From: an uncultured Acidobacteriota bacterium | GTDB lineage: Bacteria > Acidobacteriota > Vicinamibacteria > Vicinamibacterales > UBA2999 | Assembly (NCBI GenBank): GCA_963707825.1 | Contig: CAVPRP010000012.1 | Location: 22,003 to 86,002 of the forward strand | DNA: 64,000 nt | Reading direction: 5' to 3' | Part shown: positions 36,931 to 47,082 of the stretch, piece by piece | Position numbering within the stretch: position 1 is the first letter of the stretch | Layout of the letters: every line of letters begins with the position of its first letter | The notes under the pieces: generated by a model | Database searches by the model: none | What the model was told of the DNA's origin: nothing | What the model saw: only the letters and a program-made list of their open reading frames with translations | Program-made: the position numbers and the translations under genes

Positions 36931-38007
36931 CTACGGCTTCTGCACCGTCACGCGGATCAGTTCCACGCGGTCCACCGGCGTCTCGCCGTTCACCGCCACC
37001 GCTTCGATCTTCTGCGCCACCTCGATGCCGCTGACGACGCGGCCGAAGGCGGTGTACTTGCCGTCCAGGGCCGTCGCCCGCGCGGTGACGATGAAGAACG
37101 AGGACGTGGCGCTGTCGGGATCGTCGGTGCGGGCCATCGACAGCGTTCCCAGGTCGTGCACCTGATCGTTGAACTCGGCCTTGAGCGGCCGGATGAACGA
37201 CTGCTGCCGCTCGGACAGCGGCTCCTTGCGCGTCGGCAGATGTCCTGACTGCACGACGAATCCCTTCACCACGCGGTGAAAACTCATGCCGTCGTAGACG
37301 CCCGCCTGCGCCAGCCGCAGGAAGTTGCGCACGTGCGCGGGCGCCTTGTCTGGAGTGAACGCCACGGTGATGCTGCCGGCCGAGGTCTCGAGCACCGCCT
37401 GATACTTCGCGAGGTCTTCAACCGATTCGGTTGAGAACGGCTCCGGCGTCGCCGCCGGCTTGTCACGAATCGTGACCTTGGTGATGACCACCCGTTCAGT
37501 GGCCAGCCCCTTGTCGTCCACCGGCGTCTCCGAAATCTTCTGCGCGATCAGCAGCCCCTCGACGACCCGCGCGAACACGGTGTACTTCCCGTCGAGTGAC
37601 GGCTGGGCGTTGATGCACATGAAGAACTGGGTGCCGGCACTGTCCGGCTTGCCCGGCACCTGCACCGCGGCGACCGCGCCCTTGGTCAGGAGCTCGTCGG
37701 TGATCTCGGTCTTCAGCTTGTTCAGCCCGCCCGACCCGTACTTGTCGCGTGCGGCGGGATCCTTGGTCACCGGATCGCCGCCCTGGACGACGCCGTAGCG
37801 CACCATGCGATGAAAGCTGGTGCCGTCGAAGCCTCCGTCCTGAGCCGTCTTGATGAACAGCGCGACGTGGTTGGGCGCCTTGTCGGAGAGGAGGTCCCAG
37901 ACGATGGTGCCGGCCGAAGTGTCGATCACCGCCTGCTGCACCGGCTGGGCGGCGGTCGCGACGGGCAGGACGAACACGAGACAGAACGCCAGGAGCCGGG
38001 TGCGCAT
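36931..38007 (-). CDS. Exported tandem cyclophilin-type peptidyl-prolyl isomerase
   Basis: Intact ORF with two cyclophilin domains (FHRMVRYGVVQGGDP ... GTQFFMC and FHRVVKGFVVQSG ... SSFFIV). The start at MRTRLLAFCL (38007) is favoured by a -10 box. Confidence 0.9.
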   Translation of the reverse strand: MRTRLLAFCLVFVLPVATAAQPVQQAVIDTSAGTIVWDLLSDKAPNHVALFIKTAQDGGFDGTSFHRMVRYGVVQGGDPVTKDPAARDKYGSGGLNKLKTEITDELLTKGAVAAVQVPGKPDSAGTQFFMCINAQPSLDGKYTVFARVVEGLLIAQKISETPVDDKGLATERVVITKVTIRDKPAATPEPFSTESVEDLAKYQAVLETSAGSITVAFTPDKAPAHVRNFLRLAQAGVYDGMSFHRVVKGFVVQSGHLPTRKEPLSERQQSFIRPLKAEFNDQVHDLGTLSMARTDDPDSATSSFFIVTARATALDGKYTAFGRVVSGIEVAQKIEAVAVNGETPVDRVELIRVTVQKP

Positions 38008-38013
38008 GGCGGC

Positions 38014-38019
38014 ATTATC
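38014..38019 (-). promoter_or_regulatory. -10-like GATAAT, 6 nt upstream of the PPIase ATG
   Basis: Minus strand reads cgtgGATAATgccgccATG, no SD. Confidence 0.4.
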
Positions 38020-38163
38020 CACGGAAGTTCGTCCCATCGTTCGTCTCCGTCTTCTGGGCGGCGCGACGAACCGCGCTCCTGGTTGTCCCGTCTACATCAC
38101 CAGTCTGCACGACTTGTCCTGCATGTGAGTTCGAAGAGCGGATGGCGCGAGGCGGGAGGACCC

Positions 38164-38814
38164 ATGATGCGACTGCCTGCCGTGCTGTGTGCGAGTGGAC
38201 TTGCCGGTCTGCTCATCGCCCCCGTCGCCGCACAGACGCCTGTGCCGTCTCGGGTCCCCACCACCGAGTCGCCGGCGGTCGTGCCCGACCCGGCGCCACC
38301 GGTCCCGAACTGGTGGATGAACGGCGGTACCCGGGTCCGGACCGTGGACCCCCGGATTGCCGCGTTGTTCAAGAGCGGACTCGACCGCTCGAGCCTGCTG
38401 CGCGAGATCGTCGACAAGATCGACGCCGGCAGCACCATCGTCTACGTCGGCCTCGACCCGACGATGAAGAAGAAGGGCCTGGCCGGGCGGCTCACCTTCA
38501 GCGGCGCCGCCGGCGACTATCGGTACATGCGCGCGCTGATCAATCCGGACATGCCGGCCGAACAGATCATCGCGTCCATCGCCCACGAACTGCATCACGT
38601 GCTGGAGGTCATGGCCAACCCCGACGTGCGCAGCGAAGACGACCTGCGCGAGCTCTATAAGCGGATCGGCCGGGAGAGCCGTGCGAGCTCGGTCTCTGGT
38701 TGGGAGACGGAGGCCGCGCAGCAAGTGGGTTACGACGTGCGGCGCGAGCTGTTCCTGGGCCGTGGCAACACCGTGGCGCGTCGCGAGGCCGAACGCAAGG
38801 GCGCGATCCGCTAG
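38164..38814 (+). CDS. Secreted hypothetical protein with HExxH motif (paralog of 8349-8894)
   Basis: Intact ORF. GGGAGGA SD. Signal peptide [35 protein letters not shown] motif. Confidence 0.75.
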   Translation: MMRLPAVLCASGLAGLLIAPVAAQTPVPSRVPTTESPAVVPDPAPPVPNWWMNGGTRVRTVDPRIAALFKSGLDRSSLLREIVDKIDAGSTIVYVGLDPTMKKKGLAGRLTFSGAAGDYRYMRALINPDMPAEQIIASIAHELHHVLEVMANPDVRSEDDLRELYKRIGRESRASSVSGWETEAAQQVGYDVRRELFLGRGNTVARREAERKGAIR

Positions 38815-39470
38815 AGGAACTCCGCGATGTCCGAGAGCGCCTTGCGCTGGATGTCCGGCACGCGGGCATCGTCGGCCGGATAGCCGGCGACCAGCAGCAG
38901 GAACGGCCGCTCGTGCGGAGGACGCCCGAGCAAGGTGTTCAGGAATCCCATCGGGCTGGGCGTATGGGTCAGCGTGGCGACGCCGGCAAGGTGCAGCGAC
39001 GCGATCAAGAGTCCGGTCGCGATGCCGACCGACTCGGTCGCGTAGTAGTGCTTGATGACCTGCCCCGATGCGGTGAGGCCGTGGGGCTGCACGAAGATGG
39101 CAATCAGCCATGGTGCCACCTCGAGGAAGGGCTTGTTGGCATCCGTGCCGATGGGCGCCAGCGCGTCGAGCCACGCCGTGGGCGCCCGCCGCGAGTAGAA
39201 CTCGCGCTCTTCTTCTTCAGCCTTCTCGCGCAGTGTGTGGCGAAGCGCGGCATCGGCCGCGCTCACAGCGACGAAGTGCCACGGCTGCTGGTTCGCACCG
39301 CTTGGTGCCGACCCGGCGGTGCGGATCGCCTCCTCGATGATCGACCGGGCAACGGGCCGGGGTGAGAACTCGCGGACGGTGCGGCGCTGCGACATGCGCT
39401 CGGCAAACGCGCGAGCGCGGACCTCGCCATCGGCAACCGGCTCGAACGACAGTGGAACCGTGTGTGGCAT
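38811..39470 (-). CDS. Nitroreductase-family flavoprotein
   Basis: Intact. [44 protein letters not shown]. Its stop overlaps the convergent stop of the 38164 gene (CTAG). Confidence 0.8.
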   Translation of the reverse strand: MPHTVPLSFEPVADGEVRARAFAERMSQRRTVREFSPRPVARSIIEEAIRTAGSAPSGANQQPWHFVAVSAADAALRHTLREKAEEEEREFYSRRAPTAWLDALAPIGTDANKPFLEVAPWLIAIFVQPHGLTASGQVIKHYYATESVGIATGLLIASLHLAGVATLTHTPSPMGFLNTLLGRPPHERPFLLLVAGYPADDARVPDIQRKALSDIAEFL

Positions 39471-39505
39471 CGTGGGACTCCATCCGGCGGCGGTGAACGG
39501 CGTGG

Positions 39506-40582
39506 CTATTCCGCGCGCTGTTTGTAGAACGCCTTCAGCGCCTTGCCCGTCACCTTCGACCGCCGCTTCTCGTCGATCAGCGCGCGCGCGTCCTTGCGGG
39601 CGCCCAGCGTGTCGAGCTCGTCCTGGAGCTTCAGGTAGCTGGTGAGCCTGATCTGGGACAGCTGTCCATCCACCACTGCCTGCTTCACCGCGCAGCGGGG
39701 CTCGTCGCGGTGGCGGCAGTTCGAGAAGTGGCAGTCGTTGGCAAGGGCAGCGATGTCCTCGAAGCTGTCGCGGGTCGTGCTCGACGCGTCCCACAGCTGC
39801 AGTTCGCGCATGCCGGGGGTGTCGATGAGCAGCCCTTGACCGGGCAGCGCGATCAGTTGCCGATGGCGCGTCGTGTGACGGCCACGCGAGTCGGACGCGC
39901 GGACTTCCTGGGTCGCCAGCCGGGCGTCGCCGATCAGCGCGTTGATCAGCGTGGACTTCCCGGCGCCGGACGATCCCAGCAGCGCGCCGGTCCGGCCAAC
40001 CCCCATGTGCGACACGACATCGCCCAGTCCCAGCCCGGAGACGACGCTGATGGCGTGGACCGGGACGCTCGACGCCAGCTCGCTGATCTCGGCCAGCGCT
40101 TCCGGCAGCGCGGGCGCCAGGTCGGCCTTGCTCAGCAGCACGACCGGCGCGGCGCCGCTCTCGCGCGCCAGCAACAGATACCGTTCGAGGCGGCGGGGGT
40201 TGTAGTCGCCGTCCAGGCCCATCACCAGGAACACCGTGTCGATGTTGGAGGCCACCACCTGTTCTTCGGTCAGCTCGCCCGCCACCTTGCGCGAGAACCG
40301 GCTGCGGCGCGGCAGCACCGCCTCGATGGTGCCGGACGCCTCGCCGGGCGACACGCGCACCGCCACCCAGTCGCCGACCGCCGCCAGTTCGCTGCGGGCA
40401 ATGGCGCGGTGCTTGAAGCGGCCCGCGTGCTGTAATTGCAGTTCGCCGGATGCCGTGAAGCCGCGGAAGATGTGGTTGTACTCAATCGCGACCCGCGCGG
40501 GCGTCAGCCCTTCAGCGGCGTGCGGGGCGAACGCCGCCGCCCACCGGGCGTCCCATCCAAGTTCCTCCAGGTCATCTGACAC
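39506..40582 (-). CDS. rsgA: Ribosome small-subunit-dependent GTPase A
   Basis: Intact 358 aa. [43 protein letters not shown], zinc knuckle [19 protein letters not shown] start. Confidence 0.93.
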   Translation of the reverse strand: MSDDLEELGWDARWAAAFAPHAAEGLTPARVAIEYNHIFRGFTASGELQLQHAGRFKHRAIARSELAAVGDWVAVRVSPGEASGTIEAVLPRRSRFSRKVAGELTEEQVVASNIDTVFLVMGLDGDYNPRRLERYLLLARESGAAPVVLLSKADLAPALPEALAEISELASSVPVHAISVVSGLGLGDVVSHMGVGRTGALLGSSGAGKSTLINALIGDARLATQEVRASDSRGRHTTRHRQLIALPGQGLLIDTPGMRELQLWDASSTTRDSFEDIAALANDCHFSNCRHRDEPRCAVKQAVVDGQLSQIRLTSYLKLQDELDTLGARKDARALIDEKRRSKVTGKALKAFYKQRAE

Positions 40583-40589
40583 GTGACAC

Positions 40590-40596
40590 TAGGATA
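40590..40596. promoter_or_regulatory. Overlapping face-to-face -10-like boxes in the 19-bp rsgA/DUF72 gap
   Basis: + strand TAGGAT (40590-40595) lies 6 nt before ATG 40602. - strand TATCCT (40591-40596) lies 8 nt before GTG 40582. Confidence 0.4.
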
Positions 40597-40601
40597 AGGC
40601 C

Positions 40602-41585
40602 ATGAGCCAGTTGACGCTCTTCGAGACCTCGCACCCGGTCCCGCCCGACCCCGCCGCGGCCCAGTTGCAGCGCGTGCACCAGGAGGCGCGCGTGCTCGCC
40701 GGCCGGCTGCCGGGCAACGTCCGTTTCGGCACCAGCTCGTGGGGTTTCCCCGGATGGAAGGGGCTGGTGTACTCATCGAGCCGGCCGCAGGCCTCACTGG
40801 CCCGCGAAGGACTGCGCGAGTACGCACAGCATCCGCTCCTCACCACGGTGGGTGTGGATCGCAGTTACTACGCGCCCATCCCGGTTGCCGACCTCCGCGA
40901 CTACGCCACTCAGCTTCCCGACAGCTTCCGCTGCTGCTTCAAGGCGCCCGCCGCCGTCACCGCCCTGGCGCTGGGCGTGCCGGGACAGCAGTCTCCGAAT
41001 CCGGATTTCCTCTCGGTGGACCGGTTGATCGCGGATCTGCTGGAACCGTGCGCAATTGCTTTCCGCGAACACGTCGGCCCGATCGTGCTCGAGTTCCCGC
41101 CGTTCCCGCGTCAACGCCGGCTCGAGCCGGCCGACTTCCATGCCCGCCTCGATGCCTTCCTGGAGCGGCTGCCGCGGGAGTTCGAGTATGCCGTCGAGCT
41201 CCGTGACGCACGCCTGCTCACGCCGGTCTATCGCGACCTGATCGCGCGCCACCGTGTGGCTCATACCTACAACTACTGGAGCGCCATGCCGGCACCCGCC
41301 GCGCAAGCCGCCGTGGTGCCGCCGGAGGCCGGCCCGTTCACCGTGATACGCCTCCTTCTCCGCCCTGGCACCTGGTACGAGGACCAGCGCGATCGCTTCA
41401 AGCCGTTCGACCGGCTCGTGGAACCGGATGAGGGGATGCGTGCGGATGTCGTCTCGGTGACCCGACGGGCTCTGTCGCGCGGCCGGCGCGTGTTCATCCT
41501 GGTGAACAACAAAGCGGAAGGATCGTCGCCCCTCACGGTGATGGGCCTCGCGAGACGGCTGGCGGAGGAGGGGGAGGAGAGGTAG
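40602..41585 (+). CDS. DUF72 (UPF0759) family protein
   Basis: Intact 327 aa. VRFGTSSWGFPGWKGLVY .. YAQHPLLTTVGVDRSYY .. FILVNNKAEGSSPLT. Confidence 0.85.
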   Translation: MSQLTLFETSHPVPPDPAAAQLQRVHQEARVLAGRLPGNVRFGTSSWGFPGWKGLVYSSSRPQASLAREGLREYAQHPLLTTVGVDRSYYAPIPVADLRDYATQLPDSFRCCFKAPAAVTALALGVPGQQSPNPDFLSVDRLIADLLEPCAIAFREHVGPIVLEFPPFPRQRRLEPADFHARLDAFLERLPREFEYAVELRDARLLTPVYRDLIARHRVAHTYNYWSAMPAPAAQAAVVPPEAGPFTVIRLLLRPGTWYEDQRDRFKPFDRLVEPDEGMRADVVSVTRRALSRGRRVFILVNNKAEGSSPLTVMGLARRLAEEGEER

Positions 41586-41680
41586 GAGCCGGGAGTCGGG
41601 AGTCGGGAGTCGGGAGTCGGCCGCAGGCCCCAAGCCCCAAGCCCAAGCCTCAAGACTCAAGCCCCAAGACCCAAGACCGC
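41586..41680. repeat. Composite heptamer array D: (GGGAGTC)x4, then mixed (CAAGCCC/CAAGACY)x7
   Basis: Direct reading. It starts 1 nt after the DUF72 stop and ends 3 nt before the convergent hydrolase stop. GGG at 41591, 41598, 41605 and 41612. Confidence 0.9.
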
Positions 41681-41683
41681 CCC

Positions 41684-42337
41684 CTACTTCCCCGCAATCT
41701 CGTCGAGAAACTCCCCTGCTCGTGCCGTGAACGACGGATGCCGCACGTGGCCGTCGGCAAACACGTGCTCCACGGTGACAACGCCGGCAGCGCGCAAGAG
41801 ACCGATGTCCTTTCGCGCCACCTCTTCGGTGTACCACGTCTCCTCCGAGCCACGTCCCAGCAACACCGGCGGGAGGCGGGCAGCGTGCGGCTGCACATCG
41901 GGCGACAAATCGCCCGCAAGGATGATCAGGCCGTGGCACGGGTAGTCGGCCAACGCCGCGGCGCGATAGGCCATCGCCGTGCCCTGCGAGAATCCCGCGT
42001 AGACGAGTCGCGGCGGCACCTGTCCGAACCGCGACCGCACCTCGGCCACGACGCGGCGAACGTAGGCAATGTTGTCCGCAATCGTCTGCTCGCGATCCTC
42101 GCGTGTCATCCACGCGGCGACGATCTCGCCGCTCCGCGTGTAATAGCGATGAAGCGCCTGCACGCTCACCAGCACCCACGGCCGCGAGCCTCGAATGTCT
42201 TCCAGGTGAGCCATCTCGATGGCGGCGGTTTCGGACTGTCCGTGAAACCCCACGAGCATGCCGACGGCGGGCCCACCCGGCGAGTCGGAGGTGAGATAGC
42301 GGCCATGTGTCGTCGTGGCAATCGTGTGTGTATCCAT
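41684..42337 (-). CDS. Alpha/beta hydrolase (phospholipase/carboxylesterase-like)
   Basis: Intact from MDTHTIATT. LVGFHGQSE .. VYAGFSQGTAMAY (GxSxG) .. LGRGSEETWY .. ADGHV. Confidence 0.7.
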   Translation of the reverse strand: MDTHTIATTTHGRYLTSDSPGGPAVGMLVGFHGQSETAAIEMAHLEDIRGSRPWVLVSVQALHRYYTRSGEIVAAWMTREDREQTIADNIAYVRRVVAEVRSRFGQVPPRLVYAGFSQGTAMAYRAAALADYPCHGLIILAGDLSPDVQPHAARLPPVLLGRGSEETWYTEEVARKDIGLLRAAGVVTVEHVFADGHVRHPSFTARAGEFLDEIAGK

Positions 42338-42373
42338 CGTGTGTGCTCGCGCCTCAGAGCTTAATGGATGCGG

Positions 42374-42379
42374 TATAAC
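42374..42379 (+). promoter_or_regulatory. -10-like TATAAC, 6 nt upstream of ATG 42386
   Basis: cggTATAACgaccccATG, no SD. Favours the MQKSRFGW start over ATG 42368. Confidence 0.4.
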
Positions 42380-42385
42380 GACCCC

Positions 42386-43123
42386 ATGCAGAAATCGCGC
42401 TTCGGCTGGATATCGTCCGTGGCGCTGCTTACCGCCGTAATTGCGGTCGGGTTGGTGACCCTCGCCGGGCCGGGCTACCGCGCCGGTTGGGTCGGGTTGG
42501 CAATGGCGCTGCAGCGCATGATTCTCTTCGGCGCTGTCGCCGGCATCGGCGCCGTGATCATCGGGTTGCTGGCGTTGATGGTCAACCGCGGGCGCGCCCG
42601 GGTACTGGCGGCGGTCGCGGTGGTGCTCGGGGCAGTGGCGGTGGTTGTCCCGTGGCGCCTGCAGCAGGCCGCGCAAGCCGTGCCGGCGATCCACGACATC
42701 ACCACCGATACCGTCACCCCGCCACGATTCGTCGAGGCCGCAGCGCTTCGACAGTCGCTGCGGGTGCCCAATGGTCTCGATTACTCCGACGATGTGGCCG
42801 CGCAGCAGCGGACCGGCTATCCCGAGATCCAGCCGGTCTTCCTTGCCGTGCCACCGGACGAAGCCTACCGCCGCGCCATGGCGGTGGTAACGTCACGCGG
42901 CTGGGAGGTGCTCGCGGGCGACCAAGCCGCCCACCGCATCGAGGCGACCGACACCACGCGCTGGTTCGGCTTCAAGGACGATGTCGCGATTCGGATCGCG
43001 GCCATCCCGAATGGCGGCAGCCGCGTGGATGTGCGCTCGGTGTCGCGCGTGGGCCGCAGCGACATCGGCACGAACGCCCGCCGCATCCGGGAATTTCTGG
43101 CTGAGCTGCAGAACCGGCCCTGA
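42386..43123 (+). CDS. DUF1499 domain-containing membrane protein
   Basis: Intact. N-terminal TM helices, IHDITTDTVTPPRF, RWFGFKDDVAIRI, SVSRVGRSDIGTNARRIREF. Confidence 0.7.
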   Translation: MQKSRFGWISSVALLTAVIAVGLVTLAGPGYRAGWVGLAMALQRMILFGAVAGIGAVIIGLLALMVNRGRARVLAAVAVVLGAVAVVVPWRLQQAAQAVPAIHDITTDTVTPPRFVEAAALRQSLRVPNGLDYSDDVAAQQRTGYPEIQPVFLAVPPDEAYRRAMAVVTSRGWEVLAGDQAAHRIEATDTTRWFGFKDDVAIRIAAIPNGGSRVDVRSVSRVGRSDIGTNARRIREFLAELQNRP

Positions 43124-43145
43124 GCCCCGCTCAGCGCCGGTGGCG

Positions 43146-45443
43146 CTACTGCAGGACGTCGAACATCCGCGAGAACTTGACCGTCAGCGAACGATCGGTC
43201 CGTTCCGCGCGATCCGGGAACAGGTCGTAGAGGCCGCGGCTGTCGTTGTAGACGATGAACAGTCCGGTGTTGGCGGCCTGCAACCATCCGAAACGCAGGT
43301 TCATCGACCAGATGTCGGCGCGATCGTTGTACTGCACCAGCGATTGAAGGAACACGCGCGTGTTGAAGGAGTAGGACACGCGCGTCCGCAGCAGGTTGGT
43401 GTTGAAGTTGCCTTCCGGGAGGTTCACGTCGTTCCGCTGATATGCCAGTTCCATGTTGAACGCTTCACTGGCCCGGATGCGAATGGTGGGATTGACCGTC
43501 GCGCGATCGCCGGAGAAGAATCCGCCGAAGAACGTCTGCAGGTTCAGGCTGAGCGGCGCACCCTGGTTGGTCATCCAGACCAGCTGGGCTTCCTGGTTGT
43601 CGTACGTGCCGGGCGGCACGAAGATGCCGGGATAGATCTGGAACGGCGTGCGCACACCCTCGCGCGTGACGTTCATGCCGGTGTGCACTTCCCAGCTGTT
43701 CTTGAATTGCCAGTGGCTGTCGAGATGGACGTATCCCGTCTCCTGGAAGTTGTCGAAACCCCAAAAGCCGCGGAACGTCGCGTGCGGCCGGATCTCCTGC
43801 AGCTTCAGGAACTCCTTCGGCCGGAAGCGCGTCATCACCCGGACGTCGGGCTTGCGGTAGCCGCGTCGTGACAGGAACCCGACCTCGGGGTTGAACTGCT
43901 CCCCCACCTCCTGATAGCCGGCATCCAGGTCCCACCGCGGATACAGCACGCGCGCGCGCAGGTTATAAGCGTGGTCGTCGCTTTCGATGCCCGGCGTTTT
44001 CGTCTTGGCCATGAACCCGGAGAGCAGCGAATTGCGCCCGATGCCCCACTTGCCGTCGAACGCATAGGTCTGGTTGGTATCGTTATCCGGCGCGGCGTCG
44101 CCCACGCCGACGCGATTCACGAAGATGCCGCCCACCGCCGAGCGATTGGGTAGCTCGCGACTGACCCGGACGACCCCGAAGTTGTTCATCGGATCCACGG
44201 TGGGCAGTTCCTCGGTCTGCATGTTCAGCAGCCCGACATTCCACAGCCCGACCTTCCCCGAGACCCTGCCGCCGGCGATGATCGGAATCTCTTCGCCGTT
44301 CTCACCGATGCCGATCCGGCGGCTGAAGAACAAATCCACTTCGCCGGGGTTCCCGACCGAGAAGAAGCCGGCGTTCTCGAGGAAGAACGGGCGCTTCTCT
44401 GGGAAGAACAGGTTGAAACGATCGAGGTTCACCTGCTGGTCGTCAACCTCGACCTGCGCGAAGTCGGTGTTGTAGGTGCCATCCAGCGTAAGACCGGGCG
44501 TGATGTTGTACTTGCCGTCGATACCGACCTCGCCCAGGTTCACGCCGTCCACCGGGTTCTCGCCGCTCTCGACGTACTGGCCGAGCGCGTAGGGGATCAG
44601 CTTGAAGTTGCGGAACACCGGCGGCTGCAGCCCGGCAATCGAGCCGGCGATCGAGACGCGATAGAGGTTGTACTGGCGAGGAATCGGGGCCCAGTACGCT
44701 TCCTCGTTCTTGCGCCGGATGTTGCGCTGGAAGTTGACGCCCCACACTTGATCGGCGCCCGCCGGAAACCGGAGGGTCTTGAACGGGATCGCGAACTCGG
44801 CGGTCCAGCCGATCTCGGTCGTGCGCGTGCGCACGACCCACGCGCCATCCCAGTTCAGATTGAAGCCGCCGCCCGAACCGGACTGCTGCGTCGTCCCCGC
44901 CAGGCCGCCGCCCCCCTGTCCTTCGTTGGTCACCTGCCCGTCGTACTCGAGGCCGGCCGGGTTGGTCCCGAACACGAAGCCGTTCTGCCGATCGCGGAAC
45001 GTATCGAGGATCATCCGGAAGCTGTCGGTGTTGTCGAGCGAGCTGTCGCGGCGCGAGTCGGTGACGATGATGCCGTCCGGATCGCTGTCGTAACAGACCA
45101 CGCCGACAAACAGCGTGTCCTTCGTAAACATGATCCGGACTTCCGTGCGCTCGGAAACAGGCTGGCCCTCGTTGGGCTGGAACTGCTTGAAGCCTTCGAA
45201 CGCCGGGGCCTGTTGCCAGATGGGGTCGCCAAGCACGTCGCCGTCGAGCGTCGGCGCTTCGGCCACCCGAACCGCGTTAGCCGACGGCACTCCGCCACTT
45301 CCAGTCGCGGGGGCCATTTGCAGCGATTGGCCCATGGCCGAGGTAGCCAGCGGGGCAAGTGTCAAAAGAACAGCAAGACAGGCAGAATAGACAGAACGAC
45401 CCACGTCACCTCTCCAACCCGAGAGACAAACAAAGACAACCAT
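43146..45443 (-). CDS. Outer-membrane CBM9-like / DUF5916 family protein
   Basis: Intact 765 aa with a signal peptide. [58 protein letters not shown]; beta-strand-rich C-terminus ending [10 protein letters not shown]. The start could be a few codons downstream. Confidence 0.75.
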   Translation of the reverse strand: MVVFVCLSGWRGDVGRSVYSACLAVLLTLAPLATSAMGQSLQMAPATGSGGVPSANAVRVAEAPTLDGDVLGDPIWQQAPAFEGFKQFQPNEGQPVSERTEVRIMFTKDTLFVGVVCYDSDPDGIIVTDSRRDSSLDNTDSFRMILDTFRDRQNGFVFGTNPAGLEYDGQVTNEGQGGGGLAGTTQQSGSGGGFNLNWDGAWVVRTRTTEIGWTAEFAIPFKTLRFPAGADQVWGVNFQRNIRRKNEEAYWAPIPRQYNLYRVSIAGSIAGLQPPVFRNFKLIPYALGQYVESGENPVDGVNLGEVGIDGKYNITPGLTLDGTYNTDFAQVEVDDQQVNLDRFNLFFPEKRPFFLENAGFFSVGNPGEVDLFFSRRIGIGENGEEIPIIAGGRVSGKVGLWNVGLLNMQTEELPTVDPMNNFGVVRVSRELPNRSAVGGIFVNRVGVGDAAPDNDTNQTYAFDGKWGIGRNSLLSGFMAKTKTPGIESDDHAYNLRARVLYPRWDLDAGYQEVGEQFNPEVGFLSRRGYRKPDVRVMTRFRPKEFLKLQEIRPHATFRGFWGFDNFQETGYVHLDSHWQFKNSWEVHTGMNVTREGVRTPFQIYPGIFVPPGTYDNQEAQLVWMTNQGAPLSLNLQTFFGGFFSGDRATVNPTIRIRASEAFNMELAYQRNDVNLPEGNFNTNLLRTRVSYSFNTRVFLQSLVQYNDRADIWSMNLRFGWLQAANTGLFIVYNDSRGLYDLFPDRAERTDRSLTVKFSRMFDVLQ

Positions 45444-45449
45444 TTACCG

Positions 45450-46205
45450 ATGAAACAACCGGTGATGGTACTACACGCCAAGGGTGCGACTGCGATGAGC
45501 CCGCTCTCCTTTCACGTTTCACTGGATGACGATCCCGCCGCGATTGGCGCGGCGCTCTACGCGGCGGACGCAGGGCCGCGCATGGATGCGCTGCTGGTGC
45601 TGGCGCACGGGGCCGGCGCCGGACACTTTCACCCCTTCATGGTCGCCTACGCGACCGCCCTCGCCGCCCGCGGCGTGGACGTGGTCACCTTCAACTTCAG
45701 CTACATGGAGCGCGGTCGCAAGATGCCCGACCGCGCGCCGGTGCTGGAAGAGACATTTCGCAAGGCGATCGCCGGGGCGTTCGCTCACCGTCACGTGCGC
45801 GCTTCGAGGCTCTTCATCGGTGGCAAGTCGATGGGTGGCCGGATCGCGACGCATCTGGCGGCGCAGCCTGAGCAGTGGCCGGCAGGCCTGCCGCCGCTGA
45901 ATGGCGTCGTCGTCCTTGGATATCCCCTCGCCCCTCCAGGCGGGCGTCGTACCGGCGATCGGGTGTCGCACCTGAAGGGCCTGACCGTGCCGACGCTGAT
46001 TGTCCAGGGCACGCGCGACGCATTCGGCGATCCCGACGAGGTGGCGGGCGCAATCTCAGCCGGCGGTGCGGCGCCTCCGATCGAGGTGGTGACGGTTGCC
46101 GGAGGGGATCACTCGTTCGCGGTGCTGAAATCGAGCGGCCGCGACCAGGACGCGGTGCACGCCGAGGTCCAGGACACCATCGCCAACTGGATTCGCGCGC
46201 ACTGA
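45450..46205 (+). CDS. Alpha/beta-fold hydrolase (KANL3/Tex30-like)
   Basis: Intact. [44 protein letters not shown]. Alternative start at 45495. Confidence 0.7.
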   Translation: MKQPVMVLHAKGATAMSPLSFHVSLDDDPAAIGAALYAADAGPRMDALLVLAHGAGAGHFHPFMVAYATALAARGVDVVTFNFSYMERGRKMPDRAPVLEETFRKAIAGAFAHRHVRASRLFIGGKSMGGRIATHLAAQPEQWPAGLPPLNGVVVLGYPLAPPGGRRTGDRVSHLKGLTVPTLIVQGTRDAFGDPDEVAGAISAGGAAPPIEVVTVAGGDHSFAVLKSSGRDQDAVHAEVQDTIANWIRAH

Positions 46206-46229
46206 TCGGCCGCGGCCTTGCCGGGACGT

Positions 46230-46264
46230 GAATCATGATTCATCAGTCATGAACCATGGTTCAC
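46230..46264. repeat. Heptamer array H (GAATCAT GATTCAT CAGTCAT GAACCAT GGTTCAC)
   Basis: Direct reading, in the gap between convergent genes. Confidence 0.7.
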
Positions 46265-46341
46265 TCCATCCGTTCTGCACTGCCCGAGGCTCGGGCCACG
46301 GCCATTGCCGCGATGCTCGAGCCGACCTCGCTGAGCGGTGC

Positions 46342-47079
46342 TCAGTAGCGTTCGTGCAGCTTCACCGGTGCGGCCTTGCGCTTCTTCGCCGCCCGGAGAT
46401 TGATCATCTCGACGAACACCGAGAACGCCATGGCGAAGTAGATGTAGCCCTTCGGGATGTGCGTGCCGAGCCCTTCGGCGATGAGCGACGCGCCAATCAA
46501 CAGCAGGAAGCTGAGCGCCAGCACCTTGACGGTGGGATGCTCGTTCACGAAGCGGCTGATGGACGCCGCCGACACCATCATGATGCCGACCGCAATCATC
46601 ACCGCCAGCACCATCACCGCCAGCTGATCGGCCATGCCGACGGCGGTGATGACGGAGTCCAGCGAGAAGACGATGTCGAGCAGCATGATCTGCCCGATGA
46701 CCGCGCCGAACGACGGCGCGACGCGGGCGGTCATTTCCCCCTCTTGCCCTTCGAGCTTCTCGTGGATCTCGCGGGTGGCCTTGGCCAGCAGAAACAGGCC
46801 GCCACCGAGCAGAATCATGTCGCGGCCCGAGATGCCACGCCCGAGAATCGTGACGATCGGCTCGGTGAGGCGGACAATCCAGGCCAGCGAGAACAGCAGG
46901 GCGATGCGCATCAGCATCGCCGCCATCAGTCCAACCTTGCGGGCGCGATCCTGCTGATCCGCGGGCAGCTTGCCGGCCAGGATCGAGATGAAGATCACGT
47001 TGTCCACGCCGAGCACGATCTCGAGGACCGTGAGCGTGATCAGCGCGATGACGGCATCGGCGGTCAGCAGTCCTTCCAT
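46342..47079 (-). CDS. TerC-family integral membrane protein
   Basis: Intact 245 aa. LEIVLGVDNVIFISILAGKLP .. LLDIVFSLDSVITAVGM. Confidence 0.9.
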   Translation of the reverse strand: MEGLLTADAVIALITLTVLEIVLGVDNVIFISILAGKLPADQQDRARKVGLMAAMLMRIALLFSLAWIVRLTEPIVTILGRGISGRDMILLGGGLFLLAKATREIHEKLEGQEGEMTARVAPSFGAVIGQIMLLDIVFSLDSVITAVGMADQLAVMVLAVMIAVGIMMVSAASISRFVNEHPTVKVLALSFLLLIGASLIAEGLGTHIPKGYIYFAMAFSVFVEMINLRAAKKRKAAPVKLHERY

Positions 47080-47082
47080 CGG

